64,000 nucleotides of DNA from an uncultured Nitrospiraceae bacterium (GTDB taxonomy: Bacteria > Nitrospirota > Thermodesulfovibrionia > Thermodesulfovibrionales > Dissulfurispiraceae): contig CAVPIW010000006.1 in assembly GCA_963705105.1 (NCBI GenBank), forward strand, positions 800,001 through 864,000, written 5' to 3'. Shown here in pieces: positions 37,775-47,427 of the stretch (positions within the stretch are counted from its first letter, which is position 1; each line of letters starts with the position of its first letter). The position numbers and the translations under genes are program-made. Under the pieces are notes generated by a model. It had not been told where the DNA came from, searched no databases, and was given only the letters and a program-made list of their open reading frames with translations.

Positions 37775-39022
37775 GTGTCACTGAAAAGGGGAATGATCGC
37801 TCTCATGGGCTCCGGTGAACTGACCGCCACGATGGTGGAGGTTCACAAGGAGATCCTGGGCCGGTACGAAAACCCGAAAGCTGTATTCCTGGACACGCCG
37901 GCAGGGTTTCAGCTCAACGTCGGCCATTTGTCACAAAGGGCCGTCGAGTATTTCCGTGCAAGCATCGGGTACCCCATGAAAGTGGCTTCCTTCAAGTCGA
38001 GAGACATCGGCGAACTCGACGCGGAACAGGCCTTCAGCTCTCTCCGCGAGGCGGACTACATCCTCGTCGGTCCCGGAAGCCCCACCTATGCAGTGCTTCA
38101 GTGGAGGGGCTCCTCTGTACCCGAGATCCTGTTGCGCCGCATCGAAAAGGGCGCCTGCCTTGTGGCTGCAAGCGCCGCAGCCCTCACAACGGGCCGGTTC
38201 ACCCTTCCGGTGTATGAGATCTACAAGGTCGGCGAGGACCTGCACTGGACTGAGGGACTCGACATACTCGGGCACTTCGGGTTCAACCTGGTCGTCATCC
38301 CGCACTGGAACAACACCGAAGGCGGCACCCATGACACGCGGTTCTGCTTCATGGGAGAAAACCGCTTCAGATCACTGGAGGCGCTCCTGACCGATGATGT
38401 CGCGGTCCTCGGGCTCGACGAGCACACAGCCTGCCTCATCGACCTTGACAGGGACGAGTTCAGCGTCAGGGGGACCGGGACGGTCACGTTACGGTATTCA
38501 GGGACGGAACGGGTCTTTCACAGGGGCGACCACCTGCCTCTTCAGATTCTCAGGGCGCTCGAGGTCACGGGCACTTCGCACCCTACGGCAAAGGGGGTCG
38601 GGACGGAGGGAGTCGTCGTCGCCGGTGAGAAGGACTTCTGGGACGGCATCCATGCCCTTGAGAAAGCCTTCCATGAGGGCCTGGAAACGGACGCCAGGGA
38701 TGCCGCCAACGCCATCCTTGCAATGGACAGCGCCATATGGAAGGCACAGCATGACGGGGACCATCCCGATGCAATTTCACCGGCGCGGGAACTGCTCCGG
38801 GAGCTCGTCGTCCTTCTCGGCACGAGACTCGCCGCGTCGGCGGGTGTGTGCCGGGATTGCCTCAGTCCCCTTGTCGACGAATTACTCTCCCTTCGCGCCT
38901 CTTTCCGTGAAAGGAGCCTGTGGGCTGAGGCGGACGCGCTCCGTGATTGCCTCAAGAGGGCGCGAATCGAAGTGGACGATACGCCGGAAGGCTCCCGATG
39001 GAGGATGGGGGAGGGACTATGA
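37775..39022 (+). CDS. Peptidase S51/cyanophycinase-like protein fused to a CysRS-like C-terminal domain
   Basis: ALMGSGE, GPGSPTY, AASAAA, IPHWNN.EG, GLDEHTA; C-terminal R..W.EADALRD.L....IEVDDTPEGSRW. Confidence 0.75.
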   Translation: MSLKRGMIALMGSGELTATMVEVHKEILGRYENPKAVFLDTPAGFQLNVGHLSQRAVEYFRASIGYPMKVASFKSRDIGELDAEQAFSSLREADYILVGPGSPTYAVLQWRGSSVPEILLRRIEKGACLVAASAAALTTGRFTLPVYEIYKVGEDLHWTEGLDILGHFGFNLVVIPHWNNTEGGTHDTRFCFMGENRFRSLEALLTDDVAVLGLDEHTACLIDLDRDEFSVRGTGTVTLRYSGTERVFHRGDHLPLQILRALEVTGTSHPTAKGVGTEGVVVAGEKDFWDGIHALEKAFHEGLETDARDAANAILAMDSAIWKAQHDGDHPDAISPARELLRELVVLLGTRLAASAGVCRDCLSPLVDELLSLRASFRERSLWAEADALRDCLKRARIEVDDTPEGSRWRMGEGL

Positions 39023-40044
39023 GCCCGTGCGCAAAATCAGCAGCAATGTTGGCCGAAGCCCCCGCCCGGGGGATTGTCACCGTCGAGTCGTTCGAAGCGC
39101 TCGATCGTTATTACAATGACAAGGCGTCTCCGCTGAACTGGGACTGCGTCTTTGTCCTGCCCCCCTGGATCAGGGCCTGGTGGCCCCTCTTCGGAAAGCA
39201 CAGGGAATCTTACATGGCCGTCGTGCGGCATCAGGACAGGGTCACCGGCATCGCGCCGCTTATGGTCTCGGGAGATACGGTGCGTCTCGTGGGATGCAGC
39301 GACCTCACCGATTACGGGGATTTCATCGTCGCCCCCGGGCAGGGACCGCGATTTTTCAGGACTCTCCTCGAACACCTCCGGTCCGAAGGGTTCAGGCGGC
39401 TCGATACGGGACGCATGCGCGCCGATGCCCCGACAATCGGGGAACTGGAGGCACAGGCCTGCAGGGCCGGAATGGACGTCTGCTGTGAGCGTGCCGACGT
39501 GCTGTACGAGATGGCGCTGCCGGCGACGTGGGATGATTACCTTTCATTCCTGTCCGGAAAGGAACGCCACGAAGTGCGGCGCAAGCTGCGACGCCTCCAC
39601 AGGGCGGGAGAGATCTCCCTCAGGGTCGTCGAAGACCGGAACGACGTGCCGGAGGCCATCGCCTCCTTTATGGAGCTTTTCAGAATGAACACCCCCGAGA
39701 AGGTCCGTTTCATGACGGCCCGCAAAGAGACCTTTTTCCGCCGTCTCGCAGGCGAGATGGCAAGGGCCGGTCTCCTGAAACTCTTTTTTCTCGATTTGGA
39801 GGGCTCTGCGGTTGCGGCGACGATGTGCTTCGATCACCGCTCCACCGTATATCTTTACAACAACGGATATGACAGCCGTTTCAGCGATCTCAGCGTGGGA
39901 CTCCTCTGCAAGATCGACAGCATACGCGAAAGCATCGGCCTCGGCAGGAAGTCCTTCAATTTCCTCCGGGGAGCGGAACCCTACAAACAACGACTCGGCG
40001 GCTCTCCTCTGGAGCTCCTGCGATGCCATGTCATCCTGAACTGA
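39019..40044 (+). CDS. GNAT acetyltransferase (CelD/BcsL-like)
   Basis: PPW..AWW; DYGDF; TWDDYL..RRKLRRL; YLYNNGYD..SVG; FNFLRG.EPYK. Confidence 0.85.
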   Translation: MSPCAKSAAMLAEAPARGIVTVESFEALDRYYNDKASPLNWDCVFVLPPWIRAWWPLFGKHRESYMAVVRHQDRVTGIAPLMVSGDTVRLVGCSDLTDYGDFIVAPGQGPRFFRTLLEHLRSEGFRRLDTGRMRADAPTIGELEAQACRAGMDVCCERADVLYEMALPATWDDYLSFLSGKERHEVRRKLRRLHRAGEISLRVVEDRNDVPEAIASFMELFRMNTPEKVRFMTARKETFFRRLAGEMARAGLLKLFFLDLEGSAVAATMCFDHRSTVYLYNNGYDSRFSDLSVGLLCKIDSIRESIGLGRKSFNFLRGAEPYKQRLGGSPLELLRCHVILN

Positions 40045-41318
40045 ACGTTCATCCGCCTCCGGCGCCGGCCCGCGGTTTTGCCGGACTGACAGGCCCGTTC
40101 CCTGACAGAAGCCTCAGGATCGCCATGCTCAGCCTTCATTCAAGCCCCCTCGGCGAACTGGGGACCCTGGATACAGGGGGCATGAGCGTGTACATCAGGG
40201 AGCTCGCTCTGGAACTCGGCAAGGCCGGGCACTTTGTTGACATCTTCACCTGTGCCGGCAACGGACGACCCCTCACGGATCTCTCGGACCATGTCCGCCT
40301 GATTCGCCTGCCTGTCGATGCAGGTACTGACATGACGAAGACTTCTCTTTTCCCGTATCTGCCGGACGTCTTCGGTTCCCTTGACGATTATGCGGCCCGG
40401 GAAACGCAGCGATATGACCTGATTCACAGCCACTACTGGATGTCCGCGTGGGTCGGTCACCTGGCCCGTGAGCGCTGGCATATCCCCCATGTCATTACCT
40501 TTCACACAACCGGCCTGGCAAAACAGGTCGTCTGCGCCGACGAACGGGAACCGGAGGAGCGCATGAGCTCGGAAAGAAGGCTCGCCGGCCTCGCTGACCG
40601 GATCGTCGCTTCGACGGCGCGGGAGAAGAATTTCCTCAGCCGTTCATTCAGCTTACCCCCTGAAAGTATCGGCATCGTGCCCTGCGGTGTGAATCCGGAG
40701 CAGTTTCGTCCCATCAGCAGGGACGTTGCGCGTAGTGAAGCAGGGTTTCTGGACAACAATTCCATCGTGCTGTATGTGGGACGGTTCGCGCCTGTCAAGG
40801 GAATGGACCGGCTCCTGGCCGCCATGAGCCACCTGCGCCGCCGCCGCGGCCTCAGGCTCGTCATCGCCGGCGGTGACGGTCAGGAAAGCCGGGAGGCCCT
40901 GGAATTCCGGAGACTTGCGAAACGGTTTTCCATCGCCGATATCGTCCTGTTCCGGGGCAGGATAGACCATGACCGCCTTCCTGTCCATTATAACAGCGCC
41001 GACGTCCTCGTCGTTCCCTCCTACTCGGAAAGCTTCGGTCTCGTGGCCCTTGAATCCCTGGCCTGCGGGACCCCTGTTGTCGCCACTCCCGTCGGCGCCA
41101 TGGACGAAATCATCCGGGAAGGCTGCAACGGGACCGTCGTGAACCCGCCGACGCCCCGCTCAATGGCAACGGCGATCGAGAGGTTCATCGTCCCGGGCGG
41201 CAGAGACGACGCGTCGAAGGAACGGATACGGGCGTCGGTCCTGAGCTACGGGTGGGACCGGGCGGCGGCTGCCATGGAGCGGGAGTACACAGCGGTCCTC
41301 AGATTGCGGACCGGTTGA
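40023..41318 (+). CDS. GT4 glycosyltransferase, MshA-like
   Basis: HSSPLGELG..DTGGMSVY; IHSHYWMS; ESFGLVALESLACGTPVVA..VG. Confidence 0.85.
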   Translation: MPCHPELNVHPPPAPARGFAGLTGPFPDRSLRIAMLSLHSSPLGELGTLDTGGMSVYIRELALELGKAGHFVDIFTCAGNGRPLTDLSDHVRLIRLPVDAGTDMTKTSLFPYLPDVFGSLDDYAARETQRYDLIHSHYWMSAWVGHLARERWHIPHVITFHTTGLAKQVVCADEREPEERMSSERRLAGLADRIVASTAREKNFLSRSFSLPPESIGIVPCGVNPEQFRPISRDVARSEAGFLDNNSIVLYVGRFAPVKGMDRLLAAMSHLRRRRGLRLVIAGGDGQESREALEFRRLAKRFSIADIVLFRGRIDHDRLPVHYNSADVLVVPSYSESFGLVALESLACGTPVVATPVGAMDEIIREGCNGTVVNPPTPRSMATAIERFIVPGGRDDASKERIRASVLSYGWDRAAAAMEREYTAVLRLRTG

Positions 41319-41331
41319 AAGGAGGAGGACA

Positions 41332-42027
41332 ATGGCCGATCCTTTTGACGTCCTGATGGTGGCAGCCCATCCCGATGACATCGAATTCGGCATGGCCGGC
41401 ACTGTCGCGCGGTGGGTGCAGGAAGGGAAGAAAGTCGCATACCTCATCTGCACGAACGGTGAAAAGGGGACGTCCGACCGTTCCCTCACGCCGGAAGCCC
41501 TCGCAGTCATCAGGGAGCGGGAGCAAAGGGCTGCGGCGCAGGTCGTCGGCGTGACGGAGCTGCAGTTCCTGGGGCTGCGGGACCAGGAAGTGGAGGACAC
41601 GCCGGAATTCAGAAAGATGATCGTCCGCGCCATCCGGACCTGCCGGCCCCGGACCGTTGCGACGCTCGATCCCTACCGCCGCTACATCTGGCACCGCGAC
41701 CACCGCATCACCGGGCAGGTGACCCTCGACGCCGTCTTCCCCTATGCCCGGGACGTCCACGCCTATCCGGACCTGATCGCAGCGGGGCTTGAGCCGCACA
41801 AGGTGAAGGAGATGCTCTTCTGGGGCTCCGACGACATCAACTACGTGTCCGATATCACCGCGACTTTTAACCTCAAAGTCGCCGCCCTCCGGTGCCACGA
41901 GAGCCAGGTGAGGGAAATGGGCATGAAGGACCTCGAAAGCTGGCTTCGTGAATACTGCTGCTCCGTTGCACGCGATGAGGAGTTCGAGCTCGGCGAGGCT
42001 TTCCACCGGATCGACATCCGGAGGTAA
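41332..42027 (+). CDS. PIG-L family N-deacetylase (MshB/BshB-like)
   Basis: AHPDD, TNGEKG, HRDH, KVAALRCHESQ. Confidence 0.9.
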   Translation: MADPFDVLMVAAHPDDIEFGMAGTVARWVQEGKKVAYLICTNGEKGTSDRSLTPEALAVIREREQRAAAQVVGVTELQFLGLRDQEVEDTPEFRKMIVRAIRTCRPRTVATLDPYRRYIWHRDHRITGQVTLDAVFPYARDVHAYPDLIAAGLEPHKVKEMLFWGSDDINYVSDITATFNLKVAALRCHESQVREMGMKDLESWLREYCCSVARDEEFELGEAFHRIDIRR

Positions 42028-42049
42028 GACCCCCTGCGCCTTTGCTTCA

Positions 42050-42237
42050 GCAACTGCACACACGGGAAGACGGGGCGAAGCGCTCTGAAAAACAGTGACA
42101 GTGTGAGTGTCAGTGTCACTACCGCTGCCGTCGGTGCCTTTGTCATGCGGTTTCTGTCTTTGCCTGCTGTGTACTGTATTCTGTCTATTGTCTGCTGTTT
42201 GTAAGTGGCGCATGCGCCCCGCCTTTTTATGCAAGGT
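42050..42237. repeat. Repeat family R1 copy (short, both termini; hexamer and heptamer modules)
   Basis: cggggcgaagcgctctgaaaaacagtgacagtgtgagtgtc..tgtattctgtctattgtctgc..gcgccccgcctttttatgcaa. Confidence 0.85.
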
Positions 42238-42340
42238 TTCCCTTTCCCAAAAGAGAAGAATTTCTTCAAAAGAGCATGCCCATAGTCACGGGGACCGGAG
42301 AAAACCGCATCGGAACAGGATATCCCGCCTCTGAGGGTGC

Positions 42341-42356
42341 TGGCACGGTAAATGCT
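42341..42356 (+). promoter_or_regulatory. Sigma-54 promoter
   Basis: TGGCACGGTAAATGCT (GG-N10-GC), about 60 nt upstream of ATG 42415. Confidence 0.65.
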
Positions 42357-42414
42357 AAAACCTGTCATAAGAGCGCCGGCTCAAGACAAGAAAAACAGTG
42401 AAGGAGGCAGTACC

Positions 42415-42732
42415 ATGAAAAAGTCGATCATCACAATTGCCGTCCTGTTCTTCAGTTTTTTCATAGCCACATCGGGAGAAGCCTATGACTGGTGGGCCTA
42501 CAGCCCCGACGGCATCCAGGACGTGCAGAACATCGACGCCTTTAACTATGACGGGCTGAATCACGTGAAGATCACCTGGAACAACCTCGACGACACGGCC
42601 TTTGCCACGGTCATGGATCCCGACGGCATCCCGATTATCTACTACTACGCCTATTTTTACCCTACCTTCTCAGAGATCTGGTATTCAACGAACGGCATCG
42701 ACTGGGATTTTCTCGAGAGCTACGGGCAATAA
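42415..42732 (+). CDS. Small secreted aromatic/acidic hypothetical protein
   Basis: AAGGAGG RBS, MKKS.. signal peptide, downstream hairpin. Confidence 0.75.
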   Translation: MKKSIITIAVLFFSFFIATSGEAYDWWAYSPDGIQDVQNIDAFNYDGLNHVKITWNNLDDTAFATVMDPDGIPIIYYYAYFYPTFSEIWYSTNGIDWDFLESYGQ

Positions 42733-42761
42733 ACAACCTGCGCACCGCACGTACCTCCCGG

Positions 42762-42794
42762 CCCCCCGCGGCGACCCCGCGGGGGTTCTTATTT
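42762..42794 (+). terminator. GC-rich hairpin terminator
   Basis: ccccccgcgg-cgacc-ccgcgggggg then ttcttattt. Confidence 0.65.
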
Positions 42795-42820
42795 CAGCAC
42801 TGATCCGCATCTTGATCGAC

Positions 42821-42837
42821 ATATACTTTTAGTATAT
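42821..42837. promoter_or_regulatory. Palindromic operator/promoter of vapBC
   Basis: atatact-ttt-agtatat directly upstream of the vapB RBS. Confidence 0.55.
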
Positions 42838-42858
42838 ACTGAAGGCAGGAGGTATCCC

Positions 42859-43086
42859 ATGAAAACGGCCAAGTTGTTCCGGAACGGCAAGAGCCAGGCG
42901 GTTCGCCTGCCAAAGGAATTCCGTTTCGATGATGATCATGTGTACGTTAAGAAATCGGGGAATGTCGTTGTCCTTATTCCGGTGCACGATTCGTGGCAGT
43001 CACTGGTCGACAGTCTCGACAAGTTCACCGACGATTTCATGAGTGACCGGGAGCAGCCGAAGCCCCAGGTCCGGGATTCTTTGTGA
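42859..43086 (+). CDS. vapB: VapB antitoxin (AbrB/VagC type)
   Basis: AKLFRNGKSQAVRLPKEFRF. Confidence 0.93.
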   Translation: MKTAKLFRNGKSQAVRLPKEFRFDDDHVYVKKSGNVVVLIPVHDSWQSLVDSLDKFTDDFMSDREQPKPQVRDSL

Positions 43087-43487
43087 TGAAATATATGCTC
43101 GATACGAATATCTGCATCTACCTCATCAAAAAGAAACCCCCGACGGCGCTGAAACACTTCCAGTCCCATGTCGTCGGAGAAATCGGCATGTCTTCCGTCA
43201 CGCTCGCCGAACTCCGGTACGGGGTTGCAAAGAGCGGGCAGCCCGAGAAAAACGGGCAGGCCCTCGATGAATTCATCCTTCCCCTTGAAATTGCAGCCTT
43301 CGACGAGAAGGGCGCTGAAAGTTACGGAAAGGTGAGGGCATCACTCGAAAAAGAGGGGAAGCCTGTCGGGTCCATGGACATGCTGATCGGTGCTCACGCC
43401 CTGAGCCTCGGCGTCACACTGGTCACGAACAATACACGGGAATTCAGGCGGATTAAAAACTTGAAGGTTGCCGATTGGAGTGTGTGA
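43086..43487 (+). CDS. vapC: VapC PIN-domain toxin
   Basis: YMLDTNICIY..EL.YG..DMLIGAHA..LVTNN.REF.R. Confidence 0.93.
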   Translation: MKYMLDTNICIYLIKKKPPTALKHFQSHVVGEIGMSSVTLAELRYGVAKSGQPEKNGQALDEFILPLEIAAFDEKGAESYGKVRASLEKEGKPVGSMDMLIGAHALSLGVTLVTNNTREFRRIKNLKVADWSV

Positions 43488-43500
43488 TAATACATGCGTA

Positions 43501-45777
43501 ATGACAGAACCAATTCGTGAATTCATCGATACCCTGCTGAAGGACCGGTCCATCGGCCCGTCCATAGGTGCCTGCAGATACGTCCCTCCCGAAAGCGCGA
43601 CGTTCAGGGACATCGGCATGAACGAAAAGATAGGGGAAGCCCTCGCGTCGCGGGGCATAGGGCGGCTTTACAGCCATCAGGCCGATGCCGTCGATCTCAT
43701 CAGGGCGGGGCACAACGCCGTCGTCATGACGCCCACGGCAAGCGGAAAGAGTCTCATTTACAACATCCCCGTCATCGAGGCGATCATGGAGAACCCCGAA
43801 ACGAGGGCACTGTATGTCTTTCCGCTCAAGGGCCTGGAGCAGGACCAGGTCCGGCATCTCAACAGCCTCCTCACCGACTGCCTCGGCCCGGCAGAGATCC
43901 TCAAACGGGGCATGTCCCTGGAGCGGGCGGAGGTGTATGACGGAGACACAACCCCGCACAGGAGAAGAAAGATCAGGGAAAACATGCCGAACGTCATCTT
44001 TACGAACCCCGACATGATCCACCTCGCCCTGAACGCCTTCCACGGCAAGTGGGAGCATTTTTTCAGCAACCTGCGCTTCGTCGTCATCGATGAGATCCAC
44101 ACATACCGCGGCGTCTTCGGCTCCAATGTCTGCCATGTCCTGCGCAGGCTCAGGAGGATCTGCCGGTATTGGGGGAGCTCACCGCAGTTCATCGCCTGCT
44201 CGGCCACGATTGCGAACCCGGGAGAACTGGCCGAAACCCTCACGGGCCTTCCCTTCAAGGTCATCGACAGGGCGGGATCGCCCCGGTCGGGACGGCATTT
44301 CCTCTTTGTCTCGCCGTCGGACAGCGCATACACTGAGGCGACACGGATCTTCCTGTCCGCCATGAAGCGGGGGTTCCGGACGATTCTCTTCACGAAGGCC
44401 CGGAAGATTACCGAGCTGATCTACCGCTGGAGCATCCAGCGCGAGCCGTCTCTTGCAGGCAGGATCAGCCCCTACCGGGCAGGCTTCCTGCCGGAGGAGC
44501 GGAGGGAGATCGAGAGGCGCCTCTTCAGCGGCGATCTCCTCGGCGTCATCTCGACCAGCGCGCTGGAACTCGGCGTCGATATCGGCGGACTCGACGTCTG
44601 CATCCTCTGCGGGTACCCGGGCTCGGTCTCGAGCACGTGGCAGCGGTCGGGCCGTGTCGGCAGGCGCGGCCGGGAGTCCCTCGTCGCCCTGATCGGCCTG
44701 AAGGACGCCCTCGATGCCTATTTCGTCACCCATCCCGACGAACTCCTCAGAAGGGATCATGAGGCGTCGGTCTGCGATCCGGAAAACAGAAGAATCCTCA
44801 GGAAACACCTTATTTGCGCCGCTGATGAAATTCCCCTGGCTCCGGACGATCCTGTCTACGGCGGCGCATCCGTTAACGAGATAGCCCGTGAGCTCGTTGC
44901 TGAGGGACGCCTGCGACAGGGCAAAGGAGGGACCGCCCTGTACTCGCGGGAGCGCCGGCCCCAGCGGGGCACGGAGATCCGGGGCATCGGCCGTCCCCTG
45001 GTCATGCTGGACGAGCAGGGCAGGCAGATCGGGAGCCTCGACGGACGACGGATCTACCGGGAGGCCTTTCCCGGCGCCATCTACCTGCACAGGGGGAAAG
45101 AGTACGAGGTAATCAAACTCGACCTTGCTGCATGGGAAGCCCGGTGCCGGCAGGTTGACGCAGCCTATTACACCCAGGCGCTTTCGAACGAGCACGTCGA
45201 GATTACGGGGGAGCCTGTTCCTTCCGGTTCACTCCACCGGGGAAACGTGAAAATCTCACGGGGAACGCTCAGGATCACATACAGGGTCATCGGGTTCGAC
45301 AGGAAGCACCTTTTCCAGGGAAACCGCGTCTCGACCCACACCGTCGAGATGCCCGAGTATATTTTCGATACCGAGGGCATCTGGATGGTCATCCCGAAAA
45401 GCTTCATCAATGCCATCGTGAAAGCGGGGCATGACCTGACAGGGACCCTCCATGCGGCAGAGCACGTCATGATCAGCTGCATACCCCTCTTCGCCCTCTG
45501 TGACAAGGGGGACATCGGCGGCATGAGCTATCCCCTCCACCCGGGCTTTGCCTGCCCGGCCATCTTCATGTACGACGGATATGAGGGCGGCATCGGTTTG
45601 ACACGGCGGGTGCTCGGCGTCCTGAGGGAATGGATTCAGTCGTCCGTCGGCGTGATCGAGGGCTGCAAATGCGAGGAAGGCTGTCCCTCCTGCGTCCAGG
45701 ACCCGCAGTGCGGGTCCGGCAACAGGCCCCTCGACAAGCAGGGGGCGCTGCTCTTCCTCAGGCGGCTGCTGGAGTAA
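43501..45777 (+). CDS. DEAD/DEAH helicase with C-terminal DUF1998 (MrfA/YprA-like)
   Basis: PTASGKS, TNPDMIH, DEIH, SATIANP, TSALELGVDIG, QRSGRVGR, YDG..GGIG, C.CEEGCPSC. Confidence 0.92.
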   Translation: MTEPIREFIDTLLKDRSIGPSIGACRYVPPESATFRDIGMNEKIGEALASRGIGRLYSHQADAVDLIRAGHNAVVMTPTASGKSLIYNIPVIEAIMENPETRALYVFPLKGLEQDQVRHLNSLLTDCLGPAEILKRGMSLERAEVYDGDTTPHRRRKIRENMPNVIFTNPDMIHLALNAFHGKWEHFFSNLRFVVIDEIHTYRGVFGSNVCHVLRRLRRICRYWGSSPQFIACSATIANPGELAETLTGLPFKVIDRAGSPRSGRHFLFVSPSDSAYTEATRIFLSAMKRGFRTILFTKARKITELIYRWSIQREPSLAGRISPYRAGFLPEERREIERRLFSGDLLGVISTSALELGVDIGGLDVCILCGYPGSVSSTWQRSGRVGRRGRESLVALIGLKDALDAYFVTHPDELLRRDHEASVCDPENRRILRKHLICAADEIPLAPDDPVYGGASVNEIARELVAEGRLRQGKGGTALYSRERRPQRGTEIRGIGRPLVMLDEQGRQIGSLDGRRIYREAFPGAIYLHRGKEYEVIKLDLAAWEARCRQVDAAYYTQALSNEHVEITGEPVPSGSLHRGNVKISRGTLRITYRVIGFDRKHLFQGNRVSTHTVEMPEYIFDTEGIWMVIPKSFINAIVKAGHDLTGTLHAAEHVMISCIPLFALCDKGDIGGMSYPLHPGFACPAIFMYDGYEGGIGLTRRVLGVLREWIQSSVGVIEGCKCEEGCPSCVQDPQCGSGNRPLDKQGALLFLRRLLE

Positions 45778-45977
45778 CCTTATCGCTGCAATGCACTCGC
45801 AGGAAAGGCGGGGTGTATGCGCCGAAAACCTTGCTGCGGCGACACCTGTATCACAACGAAAGACGAACTTTACGCCAATGTCAGGAGAATTGGACATCTC
45901 TTCCGACACTGACACTCACACTCACACTGACACTGTTTTCAGAGTGCTTCGCCCCGCCTTTCTATACAACGACAAGG
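45778..45977. repeat. Repeat family R1 copy between convergent genes
   Basis: Termini ccttatcgctgca..aaaggcggggtg and cgccccgcctttctatacaacgacaagg; internal CACTCA hexamers. Confidence 0.85.
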
Positions 45978-45982
45978 GTGTT

Positions 45983-47038
45983 TTATGCAATTCTTTCGTT
46001 CGACATGAGGAAATGGAAATAGTCCTGGACGAACTTGCCGGACACGACATGGGACAGGGGGAAGATAAGACGCTTATCCCCGAGAAAGGATGAGTTGAGG
46101 GCGAAAAATATTTCCTGGGACATCCGGGAGAGATGCTCATCGATGACCGCAGGGAGTTCCGGGGCCGGAACCGCACGCAGGGGGATATCACCGGGGAGAC
46201 CGTCGAAACGACAGAGGAGCGGCCGGAAGGGGAAGACGATGCATATATTTTCTGAGCAGAGAGGACAGGAGTAGCCGGAGTCAGCGCCGCCCGGTTCTGC
46301 CTGCACCTTTAAATATCTCGATGCGGCGGCCGCCCTTTCGATGATGCCCGTCCGCTCCTCCTGCTTCACCTTCTTGTTTATGGAGTGGCTGAGGTAGGCC
46401 GCTTCGATGAAATGCAGATTCACCGGCCTGTGGCACCCGGGCGCCCCTTCACATCCGATCCTCCGCTCCTGTTCGGACCTGCCCCCGTCATCCTTCGACG
46501 ACTCCACCCCGGCGAAGAGCTGTTCGTATTCCGCGAAAAACGGGGCGAGGTCGACGACATTCTTCCATTCCAGGGACGGCTCGCGGATCGTGAGCATCCG
46601 TTCCTTCTTGTTCATCTTGCGCAGGAGCCGCCACTGAAAGAAGGACGTGGGCTTTGCATCGATCGATTTGAGCTGTTTCTCTGCGAGCTTCAGACCGAAA
46701 CCCTTCCTGAGCAGATAGCTCGTGACGAAGGTCCCTGTTCTGCCGATGCCGTGCCGGCAGTGCACGAGGACCTTCTTGCCCAGGTAGATCGCTTCGTCGA
46801 GCCATGCGAGGCCCCGCTCCAGCTCCTCCAGGTCAGGGGCCCTGTCGTCCATGATCGGCAGGTAGCAGACATCAAAGCCGCTCTGCGATTCGATGTCGTG
46901 GAGGTCGCAGTACTCCCCGCAGAGGTTGACGATCGCATCGATGCCCTGAGAACGAATGACATCGAGATCGTCGAATGACATCGGCGCGTATCCGACGGCC
47001 AGTTGATCCGTTATCCAGGTAACCCTGTATTCACCCAT
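45983..47038 (-). CDS. Dual-specificity protein phosphatase fused to a YkgJ-like Cys-cluster domain
   Basis: VLVHCRHGIGRTG; C-terminal CPLC....C.VF..RPLLCR. Confidence 0.85.
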   Translation of the reverse strand: MGEYRVTWITDQLAVGYAPMSFDDLDVIRSQGIDAIVNLCGEYCDLHDIESQSGFDVCYLPIMDDRAPDLEELERGLAWLDEAIYLGKKVLVHCRHGIGRTGTFVTSYLLRKGFGLKLAEKQLKSIDAKPTSFFQWRLLRKMNKKERMLTIREPSLEWKNVVDLAPFFAEYEQLFAGVESSKDDGGRSEQERRIGCEGAPGCHRPVNLHFIEAAYLSHSINKKVKQEERTGIIERAAAASRYLKVQAEPGGADSGYSCPLCSENICIVFPFRPLLCRFDGLPGDIPLRAVPAPELPAVIDEHLSRMSQEIFFALNSSFLGDKRLIFPLSHVVSGKFVQDYFHFLMSNERIA

Positions 47039-47053
47039 ATCACATCAACCCGT

Positions 47054-47410
47054 TCATCCCACAAGCGCCCTCACCTTCTCCTCAAGCTCCTCTTTCTCGA
47101 TCGGCTTGACGCAGTAGTCGCTCGCCCCCAGTTGCACGGCCTGGCGGGCCGTTTCGAGGGTCGGGTAGCCCGTCAGCATCACGACCTTGAGCTGCGGGTT
47201 CGCCTTTTTCAGCTCTTCGAGCACCTCGATGCCGCTCAGTTTCTTCAGCTTGATATCGAGGATCGCCAGGTCGACAGGGTTGCTCGTCGCGAACCGGACA
47301 GCCTCCTCCTCATCGGTGAAGCCGGCCACATCATGGCCCTTTTTCATGAGGATCTTCCGGATCAGCACCACTGCGTCTTCCACATCGTCCAGGACGAGGA
47401 TCTTTGCCAT
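47054..47410 (-). CDS. Single-domain response regulator
   Basis: ILVLDD..DLAILDIK..MLTG..DYCVKP. Confidence 0.92.
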   Translation of the reverse strand: MAKILVLDDVEDAVVLIRKILMKKGHDVAGFTDEEEAVRFATSNPVDLAILDIKLKKLSGIEVLEELKKANPQLKVVMLTGYPTLETARQAVQLGASDYCVKPIEKEELEEKVRALVG

Positions 47411-47427
47411 AGGATGGATGTTCCTCC

